From Candidatus Poribacteria bacterium (GTDB taxonomy: Bacteria > Poribacteria > WGA-4E > PCPOR2b): a stretch of DNA of 64,000 bases. Shown piece by piece: positions 19,896 through 30,959 of this stretch. The stretch is from assembly GCA_965215015.1 (NCBI GenBank), contig OZ244042.1, positions 2,688,001-2,752,000 of the forward strand, read 5' to 3'. Within the stretch, counting starts at the first letter, position 1. Each line of letters opens with the position of its first letter. A program made the position numbers and the translations under genes. The notes under the pieces are model-generated. The model had not been told where the DNA came from, ran no database searches, and worked only from the letters and a program-made list of their open reading frames with translations.

Positions 19896-20891
19896 ATGCA
19901 AGGCAAAAGAGTCGTTTGGCCCAGCCGGGCGAAGGTTGAAATTGAGGAATTTGAGTTCCCGTCTCTTGGGGATAACGAGATTCTTGTGGCGACCGAATGT
20001 TCGCTCATCAGCCCAGGCACAGAGCGCGCTTTCCTGCTAGCACTTCCCAATGCACAAGGCAGCTACCCGTCATACCCCGGTTACAGCAATATCGGGGTGG
20101 TCATTGATAGAGGTAGAGATGTAGACAGCTTCAATATCGGCGATCGTGTTGTTTCGTCCAAAGGGCATACGAGCCATTTTGTCGCCACATCCGATAGCCT
20201 CCTCAAGGTAACAGAGACGGTACTATCATCAGAAGAAGGGGTCTTCTTCAACCTGTGTGCCATTGCAATGCAAGGAGTTCGGAAGGCCAAGATTGAACTT
20301 GGGGAGCCGGTGCTTGTGTTGGGCGGCGGTTTAATCGGTCTGCTTGGGATGCAACTTGCAAAACTAAGCGGTGGATTCCCTGTGATAACAGCGGATCTGT
20401 CTGATAACCGCTTGCAACTCGCCAAACAGGTTGGGGCGGACTACGCTCTAAACTCAAAGGCTGAAGATTTCAACGATCGGCTTGATAAAATTACCGGCGG
20501 CAAAGGTCCAGCTGTCGTTATTGAAGCAACGGGGCATCCACAGGTGATTAATACCGCTTTTCAATTGGCGGACTGGCATGGACGGGTTGTCCTGCTTGCC
20601 AGCACACGGGGGGAGACGGAGCGTGTGAACTTTTACCACGATATCCATCAAAAAGGCTTGACGGTGTTGGGTGCCCATAATTCCGTGCGTCCGCGTCGCG
20701 AATCCTCACCGAATTTCTGGACACTCCGTGACGATTGGGAACTATCGTTGCAGCTCATCGCCCACCATCGTATCGTCGTCGTCCCATTAATCACCCATCG
20801 ACTGCCGGGGCTTCAAGCTGTGGAGGCATATCAACTGTTGATGGAGTGGGATCAGAATCTATTGGGGGTTGTATTAAACTGGGAAGATTAA
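19896..20891 (+). CDS. Zinc-binding alcohol dehydrogenase-like (MDR) oxidoreductase
   Basis: SLISPGTE, PGYSNIG, VLGGGLIG and IEATG motifs. Confidence 0.9.
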   Translation: MQGKRVVWPSRAKVEIEEFEFPSLGDNEILVATECSLISPGTERAFLLALPNAQGSYPSYPGYSNIGVVIDRGRDVDSFNIGDRVVSSKGHTSHFVATSDSLLKVTETVLSSEEGVFFNLCAIAMQGVRKAKIELGEPVLVLGGGLIGLLGMQLAKLSGGFPVITADLSDNRLQLAKQVGADYALNSKAEDFNDRLDKITGGKGPAVVIEATGHPQVINTAFQLADWHGRVVLLASTRGETERVNFYHDIHQKGLTVLGAHNSVRPRRESSPNFWTLRDDWELSLQLIAHHRIVVVPLITHRLPGLQAVEAYQLLMEWDQNLLGVVLNWED

Positions 20892-21238
20892 TCGTCATTA
20901 GAAATAGGAATAAGTCGTTGGCTTATAAAAAAAGACAGTACAAAACGCAAAGAACGTGAAGCGTGAAAACCATTGGTTCCATTGGTGCAGTCGGGCTAGG
21001 AGGCTCGACCTACGGAGCTCATGTCAAAAGGGAGTCAAAACGCACAGAGCCCCCGAGTTTTTCCGAAAAAACTCGGGTTCTTTGTAAGATTTCTTAACAT
21101 GAGCCAAGTTTTTAATCAACCACGGGGAACCATCTCGCCGGATTCGTCTCTACGCCTTTGGCGTTAAATCTTAACCTATAGCGACTCATTCCGTTAGAAA
21201 TTGTGTTTTGACAAAACGCTGACGTAGAAGGAGATTTC

Positions 21239-22273
21239 ATGATTAACACAGCAGTTATCGGCTATGGCTACGCCGGTCAATCGTTCCACGCCTACCTCGT
21301 TAGTCTGGCAGAAGGGCTTAACCTGTATGCAATTGCGACACGGAGTCCGGAAAGACAGCAAACCGCCGCACAAGCGTACCCCAACGTGAAACTCTACGAG
21401 ACCATTGATCAGGCCATTGCAGACAGCGACGTAGACTTGGTTATCCTTGCCACACCACACGACACACACGCCGAGCTCGCAATTCGAGCGATGGACGCCG
21501 GCAAGCATCTCGTTACGGACAAGGTCATGTGTATGAATGCCGCCGAAGCCGATGCGATGATCCAGGCGAGTCAGCGCAACAATGTTATGTTGAGCGTCTT
21601 TCACAATCGCCGCTGGGATTGGGATTATCTGACTATTAAAAAGGTAATTGCTGAGGGGCTCCTCGGAACGCCGTACCTGTTTCAGGTCGGTATCATGAGA
21701 TACGGCGCACCGAGAGGTTGGCGGGGTGTCAAAAACCAGAGTGGTGGCATCCTCTTTGATTGGCCCGCGCACTTCGTCGATCAAGCCCTGCAACTGGTCT
21801 ACTCACCGGTCAAAACCGTTTTCTGCGACGTGCATTATGGGTCCCGGTGGGATATTAACATTGGCAACTATGCAAACCTGCTGATTAAATTTGAGAACGA
21901 TGTCCGTTATCAGATTGAGGTGGGCAACTTGGCAAAGGTCGGAAAGCCGCGCTGGTACGTCCTTGGGGATCTCGGAGGGTTAATCAAGTACGGGTTAGAC
22001 CCACAGGAAAGACCGATGGTAGCAGGGAACATAGACGCCGCAGAGGAAGATCCCAACACCTACGCAAAGGTCTGGACCGAGGCGGATGGCGCGCAGCGCG
22101 AGCTAGTAGTTGAGAGTGTCAGAGGGTCATGGAAGTCGTATTACCAGAATATCTCCGATGTCCTAAATCAGGGAGCGGAACTCATCGTTAAACCGGAAGA
22201 AATTAAACGGGTGATGCAGGTTTATGACGCTGCGATGCGTTCGTCGGAAACGGGAGAAGCCGTGCAGTTTTGA
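21239..22273 (+). CDS. Gfo/Idh/MocA oxidoreductase (IolW/YdgJ-like)
   Basis: IGYGYAGQSFH, VFHNRRWDWD and HFVDQAL motifs. Confidence 0.92.
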   Translation: MINTAVIGYGYAGQSFHAYLVSLAEGLNLYAIATRSPERQQTAAQAYPNVKLYETIDQAIADSDVDLVILATPHDTHAELAIRAMDAGKHLVTDKVMCMNAAEADAMIQASQRNNVMLSVFHNRRWDWDYLTIKKVIAEGLLGTPYLFQVGIMRYGAPRGWRGVKNQSGGILFDWPAHFVDQALQLVYSPVKTVFCDVHYGSRWDINIGNYANLLIKFENDVRYQIEVGNLAKVGKPRWYVLGDLGGLIKYGLDPQERPMVAGNIDAAEEDPNTYAKVWTEADGAQRELVVESVRGSWKSYYQNISDVLNQGAELIVKPEEIKRVMQVYDAAMRSSETGEAVQF

Positions 22274-22369
22274 GGATGCCTGACCATTTTATGAACACCT
22301 CTGTTCACTTATTGAACACTAGGACAAAGGGTATTGCCGCAAAATTCAGCAGATAGGGTATTTGGTAAT

Positions 22370-22385
22370 TGGCACAAGACTTGCT
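22370..22385 (+). promoter_or_regulatory. Sigma-54 (-24/-12) promoter
   Basis: TGGCAC-AAGAC-TTGCT, exact consensus spacing, 66 nt before the ATG at 22452. Confidence 0.7.
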
Positions 22386-22451
22386 TAAATTTTGATGCAC
22401 TGTTACGAGGTACGCTCACTAATCACTCAAACATAACGGAGATTAGATAAC

Positions 22452-23543
22452 ATGAGATTAACGAATAGCTACAAATACGCAACTATTTTAGTCGCGCTCA
22501 TCCTCTTGGCCCAACCCCTGTATGCAGATAGCCACACCGGCTCTGATTACCAAGATTTGAATCCGAAAGTACTGGCAGCAATCGATCGAGGATTGGAATG
22601 GTTGAAAATGCAGCAGGAGGATACCGGACTGTTTAGGCATCACCCGGGTGTAACAGGATTGGCAGTCGCAGCGTTTCTGCGTCACCCACAAAACCGGTAC
22701 GCGGAAGCTGATCATCCCTTCATCCAGAAATCCATAAAAGCGTTGCTGGCACTGCAGCAGCCCGACGGTGGGATTTATAACGTCAAAATGCAGCCCGCTC
22801 TGCCGAATTATAACACCTCAGTTTCGCTGATGGCACTTTCATCGGCAAAGAATCCGGAGTATGACGCAGTAATCGCCAAAGCACAGGGCTTCATCAAAAG
22901 CCTTCAGATTACAGATGAGAATGATGTCTACTTCGGAGGAATCGGTTACGGGAGCAGGGAAAACGTTCACGACCTATCCAACATGAGTTTCGCTATACAA
23001 GCCCTCAAGGAGAGCGGATCCGATGACCCGGCGGTGTGGGACAAAGCTGTTAAATTCCTCGAAAGATGCCAGAATCGCAGCGAAACCAACGACCAAGATT
23101 GGGCGGGGGACGATGGGGGCTTTATCTATGCCCCTGACGGCGAGAGCAAAGCGGGGGATCACCGATCTTACGCCAGCATGACTTACGCTGGATTGTTGAG
23201 TTTCATCTATGCCAAGGTTGACCGAGATGATCCGCGCGTTCAGGGTGCAATAGACTGGATCACGAAACACTTCACAGTTGAGGAAAATTACGGCATGGAG
23301 CAACAGGGGCTCTTCTACAACTACCATACAATGGCAAAGGCACTCAAGACTTATGGCGAATCTACCATCGTTGATGCCAAAGGGGTTTCTCACGATTGGT
23401 ACAGAGAACTCGCCGAAAAACTGATCAACGAACAAACGCCGGACGGTTTTTGGGTCAATGACAGCAGCCGTTGGATGGAACGAGATCCGGTACTTGTCAC
23501 CTCATATGCGGTGATAGCCCTTGCGACTGCTTATCCTGAATAA
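22452..23543 (+). CDS. Secreted prenyltransferase/squalene-oxidase repeat (alpha/alpha barrel) protein
   Basis: Signal peptide; IDRGLEWL..QQ, LQQPDGG, DGGFIY and QTPDGFW repeats. Confidence 0.85.
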   Translation: MRLTNSYKYATILVALILLAQPLYADSHTGSDYQDLNPKVLAAIDRGLEWLKMQQEDTGLFRHHPGVTGLAVAAFLRHPQNRYAEADHPFIQKSIKALLALQQPDGGIYNVKMQPALPNYNTSVSLMALSSAKNPEYDAVIAKAQGFIKSLQITDENDVYFGGIGYGSRENVHDLSNMSFAIQALKESGSDDPAVWDKAVKFLERCQNRSETNDQDWAGDDGGFIYAPDGESKAGDHRSYASMTYAGLLSFIYAKVDRDDPRVQGAIDWITKHFTVEENYGMEQQGLFYNYHTMAKALKTYGESTIVDAKGVSHDWYRELAEKLINEQTPDGFWVNDSSRWMERDPVLVTSYAVIALATAYPE

Positions 23544-23738
23544 CTGAGGGATGCTCATAAATAGGTTTTGATGTGTTTATCTCTTAACACCTCTCCATGT
23601 GTAGGGGTTGGATCGCCCAACCTATCAGGCTTGGGAACCAAGCCCCTACGATTGACCCAGGTGTCCTCGCTTGAATTCAGCTATAATGCGTCTCCAATTA
23701 TGTACACCCTTCAACTAACCTGAACCGACCTTCATCAC

Positions 23739-23767
23739 AGCCCGAGTGATATGCTCGGGCTTTTTTT
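23739..23767 (+). terminator. Intrinsic terminator
   Basis: AGCCCGAG-TGATATG-CTCGGGCT followed by a T run. Confidence 0.8.
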
Positions 23768-23973
23768 ATGTTTGCTTCAGATTCAATTTCAAAAGATTCA
23801 CTAATCTATCAACTGGGGAAAATTTTTCTACACATCCCAATGAAGAATTGGTATAATATTGATAGGGACTGGCATTCGTTAGTCCTGACAGGGCACAATA
23901 ACAGGCAAGGACAGTTTACCAACGACATAACATGAGGGCACACCCGTGACCCATAACATGCAAGGAGATAGTT

Positions 23974-24294
23974 ATGTTTTTTGAGCTTCGGCAATATCGC
24001 ATGAGACCCGGGCAGGAGGAGAACTGGGTTAATTTTATGGAGAAGATAATCATTCCCTTTCAGATCTCGAAAGGGATGGTAATTTTGGGAAGCTTTGTCG
24101 GCGAGGAAGAAAAAGATTTGTACGTTTGGATTCGCCGATTTGAGAGTGAGGAGCAGCGGGAACAGTTGTATGAAGCTGTCTATGAAAGTGACACATGGAA
24201 AAATGAAATCGCTCCCAAAATTCCTGACATGATGGATCGTGCGCAGATCAAAGTCACACGCCTTGAAGCAACTCCTCGATCGGTTATCCAGTAG
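23974..24294 (+). CDS. NIPSNAP family protein
   Basis: FFELRQY..PG and YVWIRRF motifs; RBS AAGGAG; extended -10 TGGTATAAT at 23849-23857. Confidence 0.88.
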   Translation: MFFELRQYRMRPGQEENWVNFMEKIIIPFQISKGMVILGSFVGEEEKDLYVWIRRFESEEQREQLYEAVYESDTWKNEIAPKIPDMMDRAQIKVTRLEATPRSVIQ

Positions 24295-24542
24295 AGATAC
24301 ACCGATCCAAGCCTCTTAAGAGAGCAGTTAAAATCGCTGCTATCACTGGAAGTAATCCTATCGCTTCAGATTTCGTTGAACAAGATGATAAGAAATTTTG
24401 CGTTTCAATTCTTCGCAAAAAGATACTATCAGCTTGAACAACGACATCCAAACAAACAAAGACGTAGATGAAATAAGATTCCCAATTTCGTCTCTTGGGA
24501 TAGATTTAACTATACCCGATAAGGGAAAAGGAGAAAATTTTC

Positions 24543-24977
24543 ATGGATGTCTTAAAGCGAGTTGTAGGTGTTGCTCTGATTCTGATTGCGGCAATAGTTG
24601 CCATCCACACAGTCCTCGAGCCGGTTTACCACACTTCCAGCGACGCCCAACCTTACAGCAGTGCTTGGAATTGGATTAACTGGCTATCCGCTATCTCGAT
24701 AATACTGGGATTGATATTCGGCTACATTCGCATGAGCCGTGCCGGCGAGAGTTCGAGCGGTCCAGAGTTTATAGCTGCCAACACCCTATTCTACGGATTT
24801 CTGTTCACAGCCATACTCTTCTTTTGGAACTGGTTCGGCATCAGCGGCGTCGGGGAAGATTTTACCGCTGTCAGTGCCGACGTTCGATCGCTGGTATGGA
24901 TTATCTTTAACGCTTTACACCCATTATTGAGCGGTGCGATGGGTGCTCACCTGCTGCGCGTCAGTGCTAGCGAATAA
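24543..24977 (+). CDS. Hypothetical 4-TM membrane protein
   Basis: RBS AAGGAG; four hydrophobic segments. Confidence 0.8.
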   Translation: MDVLKRVVGVALILIAAIVAIHTVLEPVYHTSSDAQPYSSAWNWINWLSAISIILGLIFGYIRMSRAGESSSGPEFIAANTLFYGFLFTAILFFWNWFGISGVGEDFTAVSADVRSLVWIIFNALHPLLSGAMGAHLLRVSASE

Positions 24978-25177
24978 CCACTTGCCGGGTGCAGAAATCT
25001 TACAAGGAAATGATATCCCCCGACACTTCGCCGAGTTGCCCATAGCTATTGGCCTTCGGTACAAGTGGGTGAAGATATTAAGTTCATTAATGAACCAATT
25101 ACGTTTCACGATCGGTATCAACAGTTGCGAACTCGCACCATTTGTTAATACGATTCATGTCATATTAGGAGAGATTT

Positions 25178-25525
25178 ATGGCAGTTAATGTCCGTCATCG
25201 AGAAGGTGTTGTCATTTTGGAACTGAGCGGTAAGATTTTTGGGCCCGTTGCCCTTGAATTCAAAAGGGTATTTGATGAACAGATTGCTAGTTTCACAGGA
25301 GCTCCCAAATTCTTGGTCGACTTTGCCCGTGTCACAATCATGGGAAGCTCGGGGCTCGGTGCCTTAACGGGGGCATACGTATCTGTTGAACAGAAAGGGG
25401 GGCTGGTTGCACTGGTCAACGTCGGTACGAACATCCAGAATCTCATGATTCGGAGCAGGCTGGTTAAGCAATTTGAACCGTTCGAGAACGAAGATGAGGC
25501 AATAGAAGCCCTCAACGCGGGGTGA
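25178..25525 (+). CDS. STAS domain anti-sigma factor antagonist
   Basis: VDFARVTIMGSSGLGAL phosphoacceptor motif; about 115 aa. Confidence 0.88.
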   Translation: MAVNVRHREGVVILELSGKIFGPVALEFKRVFDEQIASFTGAPKFLVDFARVTIMGSSGLGALTGAYVSVEQKGGLVALVNVGTNIQNLMIRSRLVKQFEPFENEDEAIEALNAG

Positions 25526-25540
25526 AGCCTCCGAACCTTG

Positions 25541-26356
25541 TTACCTGACCCAATGCCGATAGAGCGGTTTGACATTCCCCGGTAGTGCTTCATAAATTGC
25601 CGGGGAAATAGAAGCAACCTCATTCTCATTCCCACCGGTTTCGTCCACGATTCGAGCGCGCTCATCCGACCCTGGCATCAATACGTCAAGATTCAGCCAC
25701 CACGGCGCATAGCGTACCGCCATCCCGACGCGCGGCTGATCGGTTTTGTTCGGCGCAGTTGCATGCCATGTCCGGCTGTCAAGTATCAACACACTGCCCG
25801 CAGCACCTATTGCCTGCATCTCGGTGGGATAAGGTTTCAGTGGATCAACGCCGTTGTCCCCTGAGGGATTGTTTGGGGACCGGTGGCTGCCCGGCACAAC
25901 CAGTGTGCCGCCGGTTTCATGCGTAAATGGGGAGAGCATCCACAATGTGGTCAGGTGTATGACCGCATCGGGATAGGGGGCAGGTATATGCCCAGCGTTG
26001 TGTTGATTGAAGGGCCAATCTGCGTGTAGCGCACCACGCACATTTCCCGGGTAGTTGATATGTGCCGTTGTAAAAGAGATACGCACATGCGGTCCGAATA
26101 ACGCTTCTGCAATTCCTAACACGCGCTTGTCGGCAAGGTAAGGGGCAAATGATTGATTGAAGGCAAGCAAGCCTTTCCGAGTCCCTACCCCTTTGACGCC
26201 GGTGTAAGTTCCATGGACTTCGACCGTTTTCTCGACGCTTCCCTGTATCGCATCCACTTTACCTTCGGGAATCACACCGTCAACCACGCACCAACCGTTG
26301 ATTTCTAAGTGTAACAGTGCTGATTCGATGGTCCTGGCTGCCTTCTGATCGGTCAT
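25541..26356 (-). CDS. Phytanoyl-CoA dioxygenase (PhyH) family protein
   Basis: LHAD, GGTLVVPGSH and WHAT..N facial triad. Confidence 0.92.
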   Translation of the reverse strand: MTDQKAARTIESALLHLEINGWCVVDGVIPEGKVDAIQGSVEKTVEVHGTYTGVKGVGTRKGLLAFNQSFAPYLADKRVLGIAEALFGPHVRISFTTAHINYPGNVRGALHADWPFNQHNAGHIPAPYPDAVIHLTTLWMLSPFTHETGGTLVVPGSHRSPNNPSGDNGVDPLKPYPTEMQAIGAAGSVLILDSRTWHATAPNKTDQPRVGMAVRYAPWWLNLDVLMPGSDERARIVDETGGNENEVASISPAIYEALPGNVKPLYRHWVR

Positions 26357-26358
26357 CT

Positions 26359-27120
26359 TTATACCTCCTCCTTACGTGCGGTAAAATTAATCCGATCCGA
26401 ATGTCGATTCCACCGGTTAAAAGTGTACATATCATACGCACTGAGCATTTTGTATCCGGTCTGTCTCAGCAACTTTTTGACAGTGCTGACCTCAAATATC
26501 TTCTGGATGTGAATTTCTTCAAAACGGCGAAACAACTCCCCTTCACGGATAAAAAAAGTGAGTGCTGTCCGGCAAATCTTATCGTGATAGGTGTACATAT
26601 TTTTCCACGTATAGGAGTAGTCGGGGTGATTCTCTGCAAATGTCTGCCCATGAAAGTGCTGAACGATATTCCGCTCAGTAGTTACATCGAAAATGAACAG
26701 CCCGGACGGAATTAAATGCTTTGAAACCGCCCGGAAAACCGCCTCAAGTTCGGCTTCATCAACCGCATAGTTAATACTATCGTAGATACAAAGCACCGCA
26801 TCAAACTGTTCCTGAAGATCGAAATCACGCATGTCTCCACGAGTAAATGGGATATCTAGCTGATGCTCCGCCGCCTTTTGACGCGCAACCGTTAGCATTC
26901 CTTCGGCGCGGTCTAAGCCGTACATTTCATAGCCCTGTTCTTCCATGAGCACCGTCAACGCTCCGGTGCCGCAGGCAACCTCTAAAATCTTCCGGGGTTC
27001 AGATTTATAATGCCTGAAAAGCTCCTTAATATAGGTCGCCCAACGGAGATAATTAACATTCGCCATCATGCGGTCGTAGGGATACGCAAATTTTTCGTAA
27101 GGGTCTATCCATTCTTTCAT
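26359..27120 (-). CDS. Class I SAM-dependent methyltransferase
   Basis: ILEVACGTG, GDMRDF and DSINY motifs. Confidence 0.92.
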   Translation of the reverse strand: MKEWIDPYEKFAYPYDRMMANVNYLRWATYIKELFRHYKSEPRKILEVACGTGALTVLMEEQGYEMYGLDRAEGMLTVARQKAAEHQLDIPFTRGDMRDFDLQEQFDAVLCIYDSINYAVDEAELEAVFRAVSKHLIPSGLFIFDVTTERNIVQHFHGQTFAENHPDYSYTWKNMYTYHDKICRTALTFFIREGELFRRFEEIHIQKIFEVSTVKKLLRQTGYKMLSAYDMYTFNRWNRHSDRINFTARKEEV

Positions 27121-27123
27121 CCA

Positions 27124-27537
27124 CTACTGTCCCTTCCCTTTGAATCCCACAGCCGCATCAGTCATTTTCAGCAGCGTATTAATCTCCTCTGCACTCCACA
27201 ACCCATCTTCGTTGGCCTTCGACGCATAGTCTATCGCAATTTTAACTTTTCTTAGGCGCACCTGTCCCCGCAGATAACTTAACGGCATAGCCCGCATCGT
27301 TCGTTCAACTCGATCGAATGTCGTCCTGATTGCTTCTGCATCCACACCGTCGGGGGCTTGCTGTATCAGCTGACTCTTCATGAGACCTGCAGCAAACTTG
27401 AATAATTCTGTTATCAAATACCACTGTAAAAAAAAGAGGATAAACATAAAGACGAGGAGAATCGCGAGCACTTTGGCGATGAGCGGCATTCGCTTGTGCA
27501 ATGCCCCTCGAAGCAAACCAGTTGAATTTTTTGCCAT
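27124..27537 (-). CDS. Hypothetical membrane-anchored protein
   Basis: One TM helix; operon-like spacing with the methyltransferase; start uncertain. Confidence 0.65.
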   Translation of the reverse strand: MAKNSTGLLRGALHKRMPLIAKVLAILLVFMFILFFLQWYLITELFKFAAGLMKSQLIQQAPDGVDAEAIRTTFDRVERTMRAMPLSYLRGQVRLRKVKIAIDYASKANEDGLWSAEEINTLLKMTDAAVGFKGKGQ

Positions 27538-28018
27538 GTTTTCCCTCTCTGCCATCAATAATCCAGTGCTCGCAAAATCAAGAGAACCTTCGCGACATAA
27601 TAGCACCAGTGGAGCGGCTTGTCAACTGAAAATTTCTGTTGCCTTTTCTTTTAAGTGTGTTACAATCTCTTTAACCGATAGCAAAACGGATCGGCACAAA
27701 AATCCGATAGATCTAAGCAGAAGCTTAAGATAACTCAAGTATTTTGTCGAGATATGAATCTCGACCTACAGACTGAGCCAACATCCGTAGGTCAAGTGTC
27801 CTTGCTCAACTCTCAAAGCACCAGCGGGGGGGATGTGTATAGAACAACCGAATCACCATAAATAACCCAAAGCCCCAAATACCCAGTGGGTCGTCCGTCA
27901 ATTCTTGGTCCATTGAGCCTAGAACGGTTTGGTGAGTTTTCGGGTATCTTGCGACAGATAGTAACTTAAGTTAAGATAAAGTTTCAAAGGTCAACAGACT
28001 AAATTAAGGAGTGACATA

Positions 28019-28876
28019 ATGCCTGATTTTCCAATCGTCGATACACACATTCATCTCTGGGATCCGAGCGTTCTGAGATATCCATGGCTTGAAGATGTTC
28101 CATTTCTAAACAAGCCCTATCTATTAGAAAATTATCGAAACGCTTGTGGGATGATTGATGTTGAAACAATGATTTTTGTGCAATGTGATCCCCATCCCGA
28201 CGAAAATCTGAAAGAGGCAGAGTGGATTACATCGTTATCAAAAGAAGACCCAAGAATCCGAGGGATCGTGGCAGGTGCACCGCTTGAAAAAGGGAATGGT
28301 GCGAGAGAACTTCTTGAACAACTCTCTGAAAATCCAATGGTCAAAGGGATTCGTCGTCTAATTCAATCGGAAAGCCTCGAATTTTGTGTACAACCCGATT
28401 TTATCAGAGGCATACAGTCGCTTGAAGAGTTCGGATTGAGCTTTGATATCTGCATTTACCATCCGCATCTTGCCAATACCATTGAGTTTGTCAAGCAGTG
28501 TCCGAACATCCAGTTTATATTAGACCATATCGGCAAGCCTAACATCAAGGAGCAGCTCTTTGAACCGTGGAAACGTGAACTTAAAGAGTTATCGGAATTT
28601 CCCAACGTGTTTTGTAAGGTTTCCGGGCTCGTGACTGAAGCTGATTTTGAGAAATGGACACGAGAGGATTTGAAGCCTTACATAGATCATGTAATTGAGT
28701 GCTTCGGTTTTGATCGCGCAATCTATGGCAGTGATTGGCCCGTCGCAGCACAGGCGACCGAATATCCGAGATGGGTCGAAACCTTGGAGTGGGCGGTCAG
28801 TGGTTGTTCGGATGATGAATTAAGAAAGCTGTTCCATGACAACGCGCTTCAATTTTACAGGGTCTCCGCCGATTGA
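28019..28876 (+). CDS. Amidohydrolase_2 family (L-fuconolactonase-like) hydrolase
   Basis: IVDTHIHLW, LDHIGKP, CKVSGLVTE and GSDWPV motifs. Confidence 0.92.
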   Translation: MPDFPIVDTHIHLWDPSVLRYPWLEDVPFLNKPYLLENYRNACGMIDVETMIFVQCDPHPDENLKEAEWITSLSKEDPRIRGIVAGAPLEKGNGARELLEQLSENPMVKGIRRLIQSESLEFCVQPDFIRGIQSLEEFGLSFDICIYHPHLANTIEFVKQCPNIQFILDHIGKPNIKEQLFEPWKRELKELSEFPNVFCKVSGLVTEADFEKWTREDLKPYIDHVIECFGFDRAIYGSDWPVAAQATEYPRWVETLEWAVSGCSDDELRKLFHDNALQFYRVSAD

Positions 28877-29042
28877 TCTGCAATATATGACAGAAGGGCA
28901 ACGTATAGCACATCTCGTGGCGCAGGCTTCCTAACCTGCGCCATGAGGGGATTGGCATTGTCGTATGTCCAGAGTCATACGCAATAGGCGAGGATTTTCG
29001 CAACCGAAGTGCGTAAGTCTTACTATTGGGACGGCTTATCCG

Positions 29043-29804
29043 TCACGGGCGATAGTCCTCCGCTGCATCCTCCGGCGCATATCCAACCACCTCACGGGCA
29101 TGTGAAATATCGCGATAAGTCCACTTGTTATCAGACACGACATCGAAGATATCGAACTTCACGTGGTCAGGTGCTTCAATGCACTTTTCGACCATCTGTG
29201 CAACGTCCCGCTGACTGCACCAGACGGAAAACATACGTGGTTCTGTTGGCCGGTTTTCACGGGTGACCGCGCCGATGCGTAGAGAGATTATTGATATGTC
29301 GCAAGTGTCCGTAAAATGTCTCGCCAATGCCTCACCGAAAACTTTGGAACATCCATAGAGTCCCCCGGGCCACGTCGGCGTTTCATGATCCACTTTCTTC
29401 CATGTCTCGGGGACTTCATCGTAACGTCCTTCAACGATTGCATTGTAGGGAAATTCCCGATCCCAATTTCTGACGGTTGCCCCACTGCTAGCGAAGACAA
29501 CTCGTTTAACACCCGCCTGCTGTGATGCCTCAAAAACGTTGTAACACCCCACGATATTTGCACTTAACAATTCTTCCCATGTCACACCCGGTTGTGCCAT
29601 TGCCGCCAGATGCACGACGACATCAATCCCCTCAAAAGCGGGGCGAATGGCGTCCAAGTCAGCGATATCGGCTTGATGACATTCTACTCCCGGTACAGCC
29701 CGCCGGTTCAGCGCACTCAAAGTATACTTGCTCTCTATACGTTCTCGCACGAGGCCGCCAATTAATCCGCTCATCCCGGTGACAAGCACCTTTTTTTGTG
29801 CCAT
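29043..29804 (-). CDS. NAD-dependent epimerase/dehydrogenase (uronate dehydrogenase-like)
   Basis: VTGMSGLIG, VVHLAA and YGCSK motifs. Confidence 0.9.
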   Translation of the reverse strand: MAQKKVLVTGMSGLIGGLVRERIESKYTLSALNRRAVPGVECHQADIADLDAIRPAFEGIDVVVHLAAMAQPGVTWEELLSANIVGCYNVFEASQQAGVKRVVFASSGATVRNWDREFPYNAIVEGRYDEVPETWKKVDHETPTWPGGLYGCSKVFGEALARHFTDTCDISIISLRIGAVTRENRPTEPRMFSVWCSQRDVAQMVEKCIEAPDHVKFDIFDVVSDNKWTYRDISHAREVVGYAPEDAAEDYRP

Positions 29805-30204
29805 GATTTCCCTCCGTCTTCAGGTTATATTTTTGATGGAAATTAACCCCTTCTTAATCAACTCCGGTTTATCTCTGCCGGTTTGTTCGATTATACATTA
29901 CCTTCGACAAGCTGTCAAACTTTCGAGTGCCTGAAACAGATACAAGGGTGGAAACTTCAGAGACATACTGTTACCCATTTTTTATCTTAACCCAAGTTCC
30001 TACCTTGATTAGGTTCCGTTGACATTTGACGAATCAAATCAATCTCGAATTGGCAACAACAAAATGTCAACACGCCTAGGAAAGGATTCTCGTAGGGAAC
30101 GTAGATCTGCGTTCCCTACACACAAGCTGACATCCATATAATTCACACGCTCTGTTCACCAATTTATCAAAAGCACAAGCAGCCACAGACAACGGAGGAT
30201 AAAA

Positions 30205-30468
30205 ATGGTTACCGAAGAACAAGCAAGATTTTTCGATGAAAACGGTTATCTCAAATATGGAAAGATTTTAGAGCCAAGCGAGGTAGAAGCACTTATTGAC
30301 GGTTTGAATCGGATTATCAATATTGAATTAGTAGGAGGAGATGATTCGTCCGTCGAGTTCGCCGTAGGGCACCGTCGTAAAATCAAAGAGGTCCAAGATG
30401 AACCACGAGTCCTCACTCAATACGTCAACATGTGGAAGCGAGATCAGGAGTATGAAAAACAGGATTAA
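30205..30468 (+). pseudogene. 5' fragment of a PhyH-family dioxygenase, copy 1
   Basis: TEEQARFFDENGYL N-terminus typical of PhyH; ends before the HxD motif. Confidence 0.75.
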
Positions 30469-30471
30469 AGA

Positions 30472-30680
30472 TTGTCTGAATCAGGATTCTCAGGATTAAA
30501 GGATTCTCAGGATTCCTAACAAGTCGGAATGTGGTAGATCCTTGTTCTCTTGCTGCCCCTGCCCATCCTGCGCCTGTTAGCGTTCCGCTAACAGAGGGGT
30601 TTCACCTAACAGAGGCCCTTCAAGCCGCCTAACAAGCCGTCCTGAAAATCCTAAAATCTTGAGAATCCTGATTCAGACAA
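30472..30680. mobile_element. MITE with TTGTCTGAATCAGGATTCTCA inverted ends
   Basis: 21-bp perfect terminal inverted repeat; internal CTAACA iterations. Confidence 0.8.
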
Positions 30681-30695
30681 TTAATGAGGATAAAA

Positions 30696-30959
30696 ATGGT
30701 TACCGAAGAACAAGCAAGATTTTTCGATGAAAACGGTTATCTCAAATATGGAAAGATTTTAGAGCCAAGCGAGGTAGAAGCACTTATTGACGGTTTGAAT
30801 CGGATTATCAATATTGAATTAGTAGGAGGAGATGATTCGTCCGTCGAGTTCGCCGTAGGGCACCGTCGTAAAATCAAAGAGGTCCAAGATGAACCACGAG
30901 TCCTCACTCAATACGTCAACATGTGGAAGCGAGATCAGGAATATGAAAAACAGGATTAG
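30696..30959 (+). pseudogene. 5' fragment of a PhyH-family dioxygenase, copy 2
   Basis: Near-identical direct duplicate of 30205-30468. Confidence 0.75.

Noticed and set aside
30514-30640. CTAAC.../GTTAG motifs resembling integron attC sites
   Set aside because: No L-box symmetry, no cassette ORFs and no integron integrase; they sit inside a MITE, and similar hairpins occur near 15817-15847
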